From: a virus
Taxonomy: Duplodnaviria > Caudoviricetes
Reading direction: 5' to 3' (one strand)
DNA: 63,293 nucleotides
Virus record (IMG/VR): IMGVR_UViG_3300032006_002122
Coordinates: 1-63,293 of that record
A program made the position numbers and the translations under genes. The notes beneath the pieces were generated by a model, which searched no databases, had not been told where the DNA came from, and was given only the letters and a program-made list of their open reading frames with translations. Below are positions 46,302-55,094 of this stretch, one piece after another. Numbering within the stretch: the stretch's first letter is position 1; each line of letters starts with the position of its first letter.

Positions 46302-47251
46302 AATAAGCTTCTTGATTCTTCTATTTCTTTTTTCCAATATGAAAGTCTTATCCTGTCATAATTAAATTTTTCATCTCTTATCCGGTCCATCACATCTCTT
46401 AAAGTTTTAAGATTTAAGGCAGAAAAAGAGGTTATCCTGACAACTGGGAGACCTTCTAGAGATGAGGTTACCAAGCTGTCCATAACCACGGGAAAAGAGC
46501 CGCAGTACAGAGATTCTAGCGTTCTGTAACAGTCCACTCCGTTTCCTTCAGGGGAAAGAACGAAAGCGTGTCTGGAAATATCGGATAGATACTCCGTGTG
46601 TGGTTTTGCTTTTAAGTTTTGCGTAACCCAAGGGAAATTATTAGAAGCAAAGTACTCGTTTAAAATTGTTCTCTCGTGAGTATAATTTTGAAAATTGACG
46701 TATAGCCAGTTTTCTTTTTCATCTATCGGTGTTTGATTTATTTTTGATAATTCTTCAATTGTCTCTTCGGAATGATTTACACCAAATGGAATTGGGATAA
46801 TTTTTTCATCTTTTGCGCAAGCATTGCAGCAAAACCACTTGACAACATTGTCTGGGATTTCGTCAAACGTAGAGTGTGTAAAAGAATTACATCTAACGGA
46901 ATACTTATGATTTATATTGCAAAGGTTTTTATCACATCTAGCGGAAATTTTTAAATCTTCATATCCCAATGACGCCACTGTGTTTTGGAGAAGTGGCCAA
47001 AATTTAAACATGTCAAGGCAAACTGGATATTCAGACTGAATCGCTACTCCATAATCACTGAATCCACTTACAACTACATATTTGTTATCAGTGTCTTTGC
47101 AGCGATCAAAAAATTCTGATATGTGCTCTATATTGCAATACACAACCCCAGAGTCTGGGATAGTACCTTGTTTTTTGTGGTCGTGTTCATAATTACAGTC
47201 ACCCACGTCCATCCAAGACTTGACGGTAATAATATCTTCTTTAGGAAACAT
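46298..47251 (-). CDS. Exostosin/GT47-like glycosyltransferase
   Basis: IPIPFG, LYVNF, FVLSPEGNGVDCYRTLESLYCGSFPVV. Confidence 0.75.
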   Translation of the reverse strand: MFPKEDIITVKSWMDVGDCNYEHDHKKQGTIPDSGVVYCNIEHISEFFDRCKDTDNKYVVVSGFSDYGVAIQSEYPVCLDMFKFWPLLQNTVASLGYEDLKISARCDKNLCNINHKYSVRCNSFTHSTFDEIPDNVVKWFCCNACAKDEKIIPIPFGVNHSEETIEELSKINQTPIDEKENWLYVNFQNYTHERTILNEYFASNNFPWVTQNLKAKPHTEYLSDISRHAFVLSPEGNGVDCYRTLESLYCGSFPVVMDSLVTSSLEGLPVVRITSFSALNLKTLRDVMDRIRDEKFNYDRIRLSYWKKEIEESRSLL

Positions 47252-47723
47252 TTTTATCCGTATCCCCTTTGAGGATTTTTCTAATTGGTCTGACTAGATA
47301 GTGTCCTATAAACCCACCTATTCTATTCATCCCAAGAGATGTTCGGACAGAGTTTTCAAGTCTTGTTAGTGGGCACACTTCTCTAGTAAAAGTGACGGTT
47401 AGGATAAAGCTGTTCAGAGGAACCCACACCCAAACGGGGTACATGAAAGGGAGGATAAAGAATGCTGCAATGTTTGTAAAAATAACACAGAAATGTAGAC
47501 CGATAATAAAATACAGAGAGCATTTTTTTAAGTAGTTCTTTTTCTCTGGCTTTCTCTCATATAAAGCTTTTAGCATCTCTAAGCTAATTCTAAGAGAATC
47601 GTTATCAGTGTGCTGCCCTATTTCATGCTCAAGCCTAGCAGTCAACTCTCTTGCTTGGTTCTCATCTAAATACTCATCTAGAAGCTCCACTATGCTTCCA
47701 GCTTCTTCTACGCTTGTCGGCAT
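47241..47723 (-). CDS. Membrane protein (DUF2784-like C-terminus)
   Basis: Two TM segments, then CPLTRLEN...GFIGHY. Confidence 0.6.
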   Translation of the reverse strand: MPTSVEEAGSIVELLDEYLDENQARELTARLEHEIGQHTDNDSLRISLEMLKALYERKPEKKNYLKKCSLYFIIGLHFCVIFTNIAAFFILPFMYPVWVWVPLNSFILTVTFTREVCPLTRLENSVRTSLGMNRIGGFIGHYLVRPIRKILKGDTDKNVS

Positions 47724-47754
47724 GATTATTACCTCTTTTTTTGGTTTGAAAGTT

Positions 47755-48594
47755 TTATACTACTGCTCTTCCTTTTAGTTTTTCCCAATCTTTTTCGGGT
47801 CTAGCCAAAAGATTTGTATTCCAAGCACCTTCTATTGTGTTTGCTCTTATACAAAGCTCTTGGGCTAAGCTCATGAGTGCGTTTAAATCTTTGGGAAAAC
47901 AGCTTCCTCCAAAACCGTAATGTCCATCCGGGCCGGGAACTGACCAGTGACTGTTGCCTAGCCTTTCGTCGTGAAGAGAATATTCTATAACTTTATCATA
48001 GTCTATATTTAGATTGCTACAAATAGCATGTATTTCATTTGCAAAAGAAACTTTAACAGCGAGAAAAGAATTGGTTAAATATTTTACCATTTCTGCTATT
48101 GTTGAGTCTGTTTTTATAACCTCAGCTTTTGGAAAAACTCTGTCATAAAATTGTTTCATAATTGTTGTTGCTGGTCTTGGACCGCCTAAAATTACACGGC
48201 TAGTATTTTTAAAGTCCTCTTCTGCGTTTCGTTCAAGTAAAAATTCAGGGTTAAAAACTATTTGAGAGTCTTGACATAAATCCTGAAGAGCCTTTGTTGT
48301 GTTTGGAGGAATGGTGGACTTAATTGCCACTATATTCTTTCTTCCGCTGCTGCAAGCCTCCTGAACAGATTTCTTAACTATTGATATATCGCAAGAGCCA
48401 TCTTCTTTCATGGGTGTGGGCACACAAACAAAAATAAGCTCACAGGCTCTAGACATGCTATATATGCTTTTATGTGTTGACAAATCTTTTTTAAACTTGT
48501 CATATGAATATACGTTGTAGTGAGGCTCGAAGCTCTTTAATAGAGAGCTTCCAACAAAACCCTGACCAATTATTCCAACATTTTGTATTTTCAT
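47755..48594 (-). CDS. ugd: UDP-glucose/GDP-mannose 6-dehydrogenase, short form
   Basis: GQGFVG, CVPTP, KSTIPP, NPEFL, GGSCFPKD. Confidence 0.88.
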   Translation of the reverse strand: MKIQNVGIIGQGFVGSSLLKSFEPHYNVYSYDKFKKDLSTHKSIYSMSRACELIFVCVPTPMKEDGSCDISIVKKSVQEACSSGRKNIVAIKSTIPPNTTKALQDLCQDSQIVFNPEFLLERNAEEDFKNTSRVILGGPRPATTIMKQFYDRVFPKAEVIKTDSTIAEMVKYLTNSFLAVKVSFANEIHAICSNLNIDYDKVIEYSLHDERLGNSHWSVPGPDGHYGFGGSCFPKDLNALMSLAQELCIRANTIEGAWNTNLLARPEKDWEKLKGRAVV

Positions 48595-49796
48595 AGACTT
48601 TGTGACGCCTTTTGTATAAAATATGTAGCAGCTTCTGCATCGTTTTTATCAAATGTTAGATGCGGTCTCAGTCTGATAGATTTTTCGCCACATTTAAGGG
48701 CAAGCATGTCTTTTGATAAAATAGTCATCATTCTGTCTCTGGACTCTGTATCTGGTAGATCAAATGCTATCATTAAACCTCTGCCTCTAACATTATCTAT
48801 ATAATCAATGTTAATGAGATTATTTAACAAATATTTTCCAACAGTTTTTGCGTTATCAATAAGGTTTTGATCTATTATGGCGTCAATTATATAACTGAAT
48901 CTAACCATATCAACAATATTCCCGCCCCAAGTAGAATTGATCCTACCACTAGTATTGAACACATTGTTTTCTATCTCGTCTATTCTGTCGGTGGAACAGA
49001 AGCCGCACACCTGTGTCTTCTTACCAAAGCACATCATGTCTGGTACAACATCAAAATGCTCGTATGCCCACATCTCCCCGGTTATTCCCAGACCTGTTTG
49101 AACTTCGTCAAATATCAACATGCAATCATTCTCATCCGATATATCTCTTAGCGAAACTAGGAAATCTTCTGATAAATGATTGTCGCCACCTTCGCCCTGT
49201 ATAGGCTCAACTATGATGGCAGCTACGTCGTCGTGAATAAATTCCCTTATTTCGTCCGCATCTGGATTGACCGTTGTCCAAGGAAATTTTGGATATCTGT
49301 CAGTCTTTTCTCTAGTTGTATTTGTCAGAGAGAGTGTGTATCCAGTTCTTCCGTGAAAGGCGTTTTTTAGATGAAAAACATCTAAGTTATTAATGTCTTC
49401 TACGCGATGGTATCCCATTTTTTGGGACTTCCAGTCGAAAGAGGCTTTTAGTGCATTTTCAACACCCAAGGCTCCACCATCAATAAAAAAATAATGATCA
49501 AAGTCTTCTGTAACTTCTGCAAATTTATCTACAAAATTTTCGTATTCCTTTGAATACATATCGCTATTTGCTAATTTGCACATGCCAGATCTTCCCATGT
49601 CCTTTTGGGCACGAATCATGGCAGAATGCTTCCAGCCAAGAGGTTGGCTAGCGAATTGTGAATAGCAATCTAAGTATCTATTTCCCTCTAGATCAGTTAT
49701 CCAAGACCCCAAGCTTCTTTGAAGATCCACTACTATATGGAATCCATCTGTTATTATATATCTATCTAGCTGTTCTATAATAGGAGAGCTAGGCAT
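48591..49796 (-). CDS. lat: L-lysine 6-aminotransferase (class III PLP enzyme)
   Basis: GALGVENALKASFDWK, AFHGRTGYTLSLTNT, EPIQGEGGDNH, DEVQTG, FGKKTQVCG, RINSTWGGN..DMVR. Confidence 0.9.
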   Translation of the reverse strand: MPSSPIIEQLDRYIITDGFHIVVDLQRSLGSWITDLEGNRYLDCYSQFASQPLGWKHSAMIRAQKDMGRSGMCKLANSDMYSKEYENFVDKFAEVTEDFDHYFFIDGGALGVENALKASFDWKSQKMGYHRVEDINNLDVFHLKNAFHGRTGYTLSLTNTTREKTDRYPKFPWTTVNPDADEIREFIHDDVAAIIVEPIQGEGGDNHLSEDFLVSLRDISDENDCMLIFDEVQTGLGITGEMWAYEHFDVVPDMMCFGKKTQVCGFCSTDRIDEIENNVFNTSGRINSTWGGNIVDMVRFSYIIDAIIDQNLIDNAKTVGKYLLNNLINIDYIDNVRGRGLMIAFDLPDTESRDRMMTILSKDMLALKCGEKSIRLRPHLTFDKNDAEAATYFIQKASQSL

Positions 49797-50587
49797 TTTG
49801 CAGCACCTCCAGCTTTAATAAATTCAGACATATTGCAATATATAACTTTCATGCCCAAAAAACATGATCCATAATCTTTTGACGGTGTTATTACTGTATC
49901 CCCCAAGCAAATACTATTGCAAACAAATTGTTTTGCTAAACCGTGCCCAACATTAACAAAGTTTATATATTTGCTGGTTTCAATAGCTTTCTTCATAACC
50001 GTTCTCACTATGTCTCTCATAGAACGTTCTGAGAATGCGTCTTGATAATACACAAAATTTCCACCACCATAAAAGAGACATGTATCTAGATGGTAGAATC
50101 TAGGGTCTACCAGATCACAAGAAACATATTCAACGCCAAGAATCTCTGCTATTATCGGGTGAGCCTTTTTGCTTGTTCTTAATCCATGTCCGATAAATAA
50201 AACATCTTCGACAAAAAGTGCGTCACCCTCTCCCTCAAAGTAAATTTCCTGTGGTAGCTCTTCTACAGTGTAGCCATTGTTAATAAACCATTGCTTAAAA
50301 AGTTCTCGTTCACCCTCTCTCTCTGGGTGTCTGAAATTTGGAAGTATTGCTGTCTTTCCTTTGACTAGGCCACCATTCGCAGTGAAAACCATGTCCGGTA
50401 AAGACATACGGGGTTGAATATATTTCAATTCAACCCCGCATTGAACAAGATTATCGTGAAATGAAGCCCATTGAGTTTGGGATTTTCCAAACTCAGGCTG
50501 CTTGCCAACGTCCATCCATGCGTTTATTTCATAACTTACATCAAAAAATGCAGGTGGGCATAAAAGTATTTCACTCGACTTTTGCAC
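49775..50587 (-). CDS. Amidinotransferase-superfamily enzyme, ArgZ-like arginine dihydrolase domain
   Basis: LLCPP..F.V.YEINAWM, PDMVFTAN, FEGEGDA, FYHLDTC, EFIKAGGAAKCL. Confidence 0.82.
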   Translation of the reverse strand: MQKSSEILLCPPAFFDVSYEINAWMDVGKQPEFGKSQTQWASFHDNLVQCGVELKYIQPRMSLPDMVFTANGGLVKGKTAILPNFRHPEREGERELFKQWFINNGYTVEELPQEIYFEGEGDALFVEDVLFIGHGLRTSKKAHPIIAEILGVEYVSCDLVDPRFYHLDTCLFYGGGNFVYYQDAFSERSMRDIVRTVMKKAIETSKYINFVNVGHGLAKQFVCNSICLGDTVITPSKDYGSCFLGMKVIYCNMSEFIKAGGAAKCLALLL

Positions 50588-52073
50588 CTGTGCTCATTCC
50601 TTGAGGGAAGTTTAGTGAGTCGCCATGATTAACAGTCCAAGCAACTTCGTGGGTCACCGCTCTGAAGGTTCTAGCTGCGCTAGGCTGTCCGTTTCCAGAC
50701 TTCTTTACCCCTCCGAACCCAAGATGAGACTCAGCAGCAATGCTGCCTCCATTCCAGTAGCCAAGACCAAAATCGCACTCATTTCTAATTCTTCTTGCTA
50801 CTTTGAAGTTTTCAGTTACTACCCCAAGAGAAAGTCCATAGTCAGTGTCGTTGTAAATCCTAATAGCATCACATACTGTATCGTAAGGAATGATTGCCAC
50901 ATGAGGCCCGAAAACTTCTTCTTTAAGGTATGGTGCATCTCTCCACTCTGTTTTATATACTGTAGGAGTTAAAAATAGCCCTCCATCAACCCGTTCTCCC
51001 ATAAGAAGAACGTCTGCTTCTGGATCTTCAGCTACTATTTCATTATACTTGACAACTCTATCCAATTGCTTTTCATTTATCAAAGATCCATAAAAAGTAC
51101 CATCGTCAAATGGGTCTCCGGTCTGTACTTGAGAACTTCTTTCAGCAAATTCTTCCGCAAATTTATCATATATAGACCGGTGGACAATAAGTCTTCCGGC
51201 AGACACGCATCGTTGACCGGAAAGCTTATAGGCGCTTGCTAGGCAAGCAGCCATTGCCATGTCGTAGTTGGCGTCTTCATGTATGATCACAGCAGATTTA
51301 CTACCCATCTCACAGGAACAAGTCTTGTGCCAACTCTCAGCGCAAACTTTTCTAACATGCATTCCAACGTCTGCGCTTCCTGTAAAGCATACATGGTCGA
51401 TATCTTTGTGGATTAAATCATCTCCAACCCGACCATCCCCTTGTATCATATTAAACACACCCGGAGGAAATCCTGCCTCGTGATAAAGCTCGGCAGTTAA
51501 TTGGCCAACCCAAGGAACATCTTCGCTAGGTTTAAGAATTACCGTGTTGCCCTCTACTAGAGCAGGTGCGGCACACCAGAAGCCGCCAATAGCAAAAGGA
51601 AAGTTAAAAGGAGCAACAATTGACACCACGCCCTTTGGCTTGCGAAGCATGTAAGCATCTTTTTCAGGTAGTTCAGATGCGATTGCTTCTCCATAAGGGG
51701 TCTTTCCTGTACTAAAGGCATATTGGGCCATGTGCAGGGCTTCGTTTACCTCTGCGATAGATTCATTGTAGACTTTTCCAGTTTCAATGCTTATTGCTTT
51801 AGCGATATCTTCTCGTCTTTTCTCGATTAGATTGGCTAGGGTGAGAAAGTATTCAGCACGCTTTATTCTACTATATTGTCTCCATCCTTCAAAGGATTCT
51901 CTTGCTGCTTGGTATGCGGCACTTACATCCTTGGATGAAGACTGTGGGAAAGAGCCAACAATCTTGCCGGTCGCTGGATTTGTGCTATCAAAATACTCTC
52001 CTTCAAGTGGATCTGGAGAGAAAAATTGACCATTAACGTAGTTTGCACCCTGTACTATTAGTGTAGTCGTCAT
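50571..52073 (-). CDS. NAD(P)-dependent aldehyde dehydrogenase (semialdehyde dehydrogenase-like)
   Basis: PFNFP, KPSE, FTGS, CEMGSK, SGQRC, EEVFGP. Confidence 0.92.
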   Translation of the reverse strand: MTTTLIVQGANYVNGQFFSPDPLEGEYFDSTNPATGKIVGSFPQSSSKDVSAAYQAARESFEGWRQYSRIKRAEYFLTLANLIEKRREDIAKAISIETGKVYNESIAEVNEALHMAQYAFSTGKTPYGEAIASELPEKDAYMLRKPKGVVSIVAPFNFPFAIGGFWCAAPALVEGNTVILKPSEDVPWVGQLTAELYHEAGFPPGVFNMIQGDGRVGDDLIHKDIDHVCFTGSADVGMHVRKVCAESWHKTCSCEMGSKSAVIIHEDANYDMAMAACLASAYKLSGQRCVSAGRLIVHRSIYDKFAEEFAERSSQVQTGDPFDDGTFYGSLINEKQLDRVVKYNEIVAEDPEADVLLMGERVDGGLFLTPTVYKTEWRDAPYLKEEVFGPHVAIIPYDTVCDAIRIYNDTDYGLSLGVVTENFKVARRIRNECDFGLGYWNGGSIAAESHLGFGGVKKSGNGQPSAARTFRAVTHEVAWTVNHGDSLNFPQGMSTGAKVE

Positions 52074-52573
52074 TTTATTTCCTTGGTAGATTCCATGAGG
52101 TTTTTCACTGAATTTTCACAGAAGCCCTTGCTGCCTCTTTGTATTAATTCTATTATAACACCACCAAGATAGTCTATAGGTTTGGTGAAAATTTGTCTAA
52201 GGTTGTCTTCGGGGCAATCAATTATATCGTCCGTAATAAATTCTACTAAATTTCCGTCTCTCCACTCCTTAACAATTTTATCTATATCTTTCACCTTGTA
52301 GGCGATGTGGTGAATACCACCGTCTCCACCTTTAAATTCAACCCAATCACCAACAATAGATCCGGGGCTTCCGTCAGAAATAAAAATTTCTGGACCTTCG
52401 CGAATTAGGGCAACTGGATTAATGGGTGGAATAAGGGCGTAACAGTCTGCACTAGAGCCATCGTCGAACTGTATGTCGAATTCGGTCCCAACTTCGTAGT
52501 TAAGAGTGCCGGTAAAAAATTTAACAGCTTTGTGTCTATCTTTTACCCTGAAGGCAATATGGTCTAGTTTCAT
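52070..52573 (-). CDS. VOC/glyoxalase-fold metalloenzyme (HPPD/HglS-like motifs)
   Basis: DHIAFR, GIHHIAY, LRQIFT, ELIQR..GF...LMEST. Confidence 0.78.
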   Translation of the reverse strand: MKLDHIAFRVKDRHKAVKFFTGTLNYEVGTEFDIQFDDGSSADCYALIPPINPVALIREGPEIFISDGSPGSIVGDWVEFKGGDGGIHHIAYKVKDIDKIVKEWRDGNLVEFITDDIIDCPEDNLRQIFTKPIDYLGGVIIELIQRGSKGFCENSVKNLMESTKEIK

Positions 52574-52974
52574 AGAGGGTTACCGTATCTATCTTTTCCT
52601 TCCAGTGCCTCAATCTCTTTCCAGACCTCATCCCAGCCGTCTTCGTTGTCACCCCTGACTCTAGCGGCCTTGTCGTCGATGTAGATGGCTCCTGCTGGTT
52701 TCCCCATCCAAGCATGAGTGTATTTCACCCCGTGATTTTCCAGCCAGTCTGTCCACTCTCTGTAGCCCCTTTCGTACTGCCTGTTTATATTTCCCTTTTC
52801 TCTATCGCCGTATCTGGCAGTGTATAGTACAACTTCATAGCCCATCTCGTAAAGTTTATTAACTTGATTTATGCCATGTTGAAGTGGCTCAGCTTTTGAA
52901 TATTCACCACCATGGGTTTTGTCTGCAATAACCCCATCGCAATCCACTATTAATCTTTTGCTTGTATCAGGCAT
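52570..52974 (-). CDS. HAD-superfamily small phosphatase (capsule-biosynthesis phosphatase-like)
   Basis: VDCDGVI, YTAR, GKP...YIDDKA. Confidence 0.82.
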   Translation of the reverse strand: MPDTSKRLIVDCDGVIADKTHGGEYSKAEPLQHGINQVNKLYEMGYEVVLYTARYGDREKGNINRQYERGYREWTDWLENHGVKYTHAWMGKPAGAIYIDDKAARVRGDNEDGWDEVWKEIEALEGKDRYGNPL

Positions 52975-52990
52975 TCTAAACCTCCATAAA

Positions 52991-53064
52991 TACCCTCGGC
53001 ACGACTCGAACGTGCGACCTACGGTTTAGAAGACCGTTGCTCTATCCAACTGAGCTACGAGGGC
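52991..53064 (-). tRNA. tRNA-Arg(UCU)
   Basis: GCCCTCG acceptor, AGCTCAGTTGGATAGAGC D arm, ACGGT-CTTCTAA-ACCGT anticodon arm, GTTCGAGTC T loop; CCA not encoded. Confidence 0.95.
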
Positions 53065-53072
53065 GTAGATAA

Positions 53073-53321
53073 CTAGTACCCTCTTTCTCTAACCGCATCT
53101 ATAACTTTGTTAACACTAAAGAATTTTTCATGCATGGTATCAATTACGTAAGGAACTCTTTCTGAGGGAAATCCTTTTTCGTTTACAACAAATGTTTCAC
53201 CGGCATCAACAGTGCCGTACTCATCTAGGGAATCGCTAACGGCATTCATGCAAGCCTCAAAGGGTTCGGCAGCATCTACTACCCTTTTAAAATTTCCAGA
53301 CTCTATATAGTATTTAGCCAC
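53073..53321 (-). CDS. Hypothetical protein
   Basis: Co-oriented 82-aa ORF. Confidence 0.55.
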   Translation of the reverse strand: MAKYYIESGNFKRVVDAAEPFEACMNAVSDSLDEYGTVDAGETFVVNEKGFPSERVPYVIDTMHEKFFSVNKVIDAVRERGY

Positions 53322-53922
53322 TGCTTTTCTCTATAAGGGTTAGCCCTTGACAGAACTCAACCTTATAGGCAATGTGCCATTCCTTGTTGGAATCTAAAAA
53401 CTCGTAGATTGATTTCAATATGCCTTCCGCACCATTTACATCTCTGCTAATTTCACCATGAGACTGGGTGTCGTGAAAAACTATTTGCTTCCTAGCCTTG
53501 TGAGCGTGAAGTGCTAGCTCATCTCTCACCTGTTCATATGTGTGAAGTGTGTCAATAAACAGAAGATCTGTTTCCTCTATCTCAAAATTTTCATCTGTAG
53601 TATTTGCAATATTAAATTTCCAATCGCATGGAACTGTTGAAATATCAAGTTCAGAAATAAACGGTGGTTCGTTTAGATCGTAGCTCATAAGTTTTCCAGA
53701 GCTTGGCAACCCACACATAAACGCAGACGTACTTCCACCATCCCTTACACCGAATTCAACTATATGATTGCATTTTGATGCTAGATATTGTAAAAAGGGG
53801 ATGTGTGAAGAAATGTCGCTATGGTTTGGCCTTCCGTCGTGCCATGGAAACCCAAGGTGGTTGTCTGGCCAATCGTAAGCAGGTCTGTTATAGTGCCAGT
53901 TCCTAAATTCCGAAAGATTCAT
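53314..53922 (-). CDS. Class I SAM-dependent methyltransferase (Methyltransf_24-like)
   Basis: VEFGVRDGGST, DLLFIDTLHTYEQ, IVFHD. Confidence 0.85.
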   Translation of the reverse strand: MNLSEFRNWHYNRPAYDWPDNHLGFPWHDGRPNHSDISSHIPFLQYLASKCNHIVEFGVRDGGSTSAFMCGLPSSGKLMSYDLNEPPFISELDISTVPCDWKFNIANTTDENFEIEETDLLFIDTLHTYEQVRDELALHAHKARKQIVFHDTQSHGEISRDVNGAEGILKSIYEFLDSNKEWHIAYKVEFCQGLTLIEKSSG

Positions 53923-54236
53923 ACACCAACTACCTGTCTAATCTTACCTCTTAGAACCTGACCATTTCCCCTGTTTGTAGTTGCTTTAGTTGCAACTGAA
54001 ACACTAGATGTCAGAGTAGTGTCAACACCTAGCTTCTTTGCAGCAGTCTTCTTTCCCCTTGCTGTTGAGGGATAAGTCCCCTTACCGGCAGACCTGCAAA
54101 CTGCTGTAATGGGATCGAATTTCTCTCCGCGAGACTTTCCGTTCTTTGCAACCCCGACAATTGTCTTCCCGTCGATGGTCCATTTGTAAGCCTTTGTGGT
54201 TTCAGATAGAGCCATGAGAAATTGTGTCTCAGTCAT
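53919..54236 (-). CDS. Basic hypothetical protein
   Basis: AAGGAG RBS; 105 aa. Confidence 0.65.
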   Translation of the reverse strand: MTETQFLMALSETTKAYKWTIDGKTIVGVAKNGKSRGEKFDPITAVCRSAGKGTYPSTARGKKTAAKKLGVDTTLTSSVSVATKATTNRGNGQVLRGKIRQVVGV

Positions 54237-54372
54237 CGTCGTTCTCCTTTTTAAGTTCTTCTTCGCACTCTTCCAAATACGACCTTAGTGCAGCCACCTG
54301 TTTTTCTAGGTCACCTATTTTCTGAACAATCTGATCAGTATAAGCTTTGGCCATGTCTTCTACGGACGGCAT
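54229..54372 (-). CDS. Small coiled-coil protein (47 aa)
   Basis: Manual translation MPSVEDMAKAYTDQIVQKIGDLEKQVAALRSYLEECEEELKKENDDD; GGGAGG RBS; promoter upstream. Confidence 0.6.
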   Translation of the reverse strand: MPSVEDMAKAYTDQIVQKIGDLEKQVAALRSYLEECEEELKKENDDD

Positions 54373-54404
54373 AGTTTACCTCCCTTGTGTGTTAGTAACA
54401 TATT

Positions 54405-54433
54405 ATAGTATCCATCGGGCCGAATATTGTCAA
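54405..54433 (-). promoter_or_regulatory. Sigma70-like promoter
   Basis: TTGACA-N17-TACTAT (overlapping TATAAT) with an A-rich upstream tract. Confidence 0.7.
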
Positions 54434-54525
54434 TCTTTTTTTAAAAATTTTTACTCACCAGCCAAGCTAGTGTTGTTGTCTGCTCCAACCGGAAAATTTA
54501 GCTGGAACAAGAAGAATAGACGAAG

Positions 54526-54598
54526 TACCCCCGGATGGAATCGAACCATCGACTACCGCTTTATAAGAACGGCGCTCTAACCACTGAGCTACGGGGGC
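54526..54598 (-). tRNA. tRNA-Ile(UAU)
   Basis: GCCCCCG acceptor, AGCTCAGTGGTTAGAGC D arm, CCGTT-CTTATAA-AGCGG anticodon arm, GTTCGATTC T loop. Confidence 0.92.
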
Positions 54599-54609
54599 TA
54601 AGGGTGTGT

Positions 54610-55092
54610 TTATCCGTCTCCCCCGATATCCAGATTAAATGGGTGGTCTGGATCTCTGTGGTGTTTTAAATCTATATCTCTATGATCGTATTCTGTGGCG
54701 TGTGTAACTAAATCGCTACTGCTCTGTATCTTGCTGCCGCCAATATTCCATTTCAGATATATACCAAGTTTTTCACACAGCTTTACTTCTGGAACATTGT
54801 CAGAAACTCTATCGCCACCATTTCCAAAATAATTTGGCCTAATTCTATCTAATGCTTCACAAACAGTTCCGTCAGAATCATCTACCGACTCTACTTCGTA
54901 AACAGACTCCATCTCGCTAAGTATATACTTGCGTTCCTCGAAAGGCATAAAAGAGTATCCCTTTTTCTTTCTAAGCCAGTCGTCGCTGTTTAGTATGATT
55001 ATTACTTTTCCATACCTACAGGCGTCTTGTATCATTTGGACGTGTCCAATGTGAACAGGATCAAATCCACCGCTTAATGCTATTGTTTTCAT
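54610..55092 (-). CDS. Cytidylyltransferase-like (HIGH) nucleotidyltransferase
   Basis: GGFDPVHIGH, LNSD, NGGDR, KIQSSS. Confidence 0.88.
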   Translation of the reverse strand: MKTIALSGGFDPVHIGHVQMIQDACRYGKVIIILNSDDWLRKKKGYSFMPFEERKYILSEMESVYEVESVDDSDGTVCEALDRIRPNYFGNGGDRVSDNVPEVKLCEKLGIYLKWNIGGSKIQSSSDLVTHATEYDHRDIDLKHHRDPDHPFNLDIGGDG

Positions 55093-55094
55093 AA

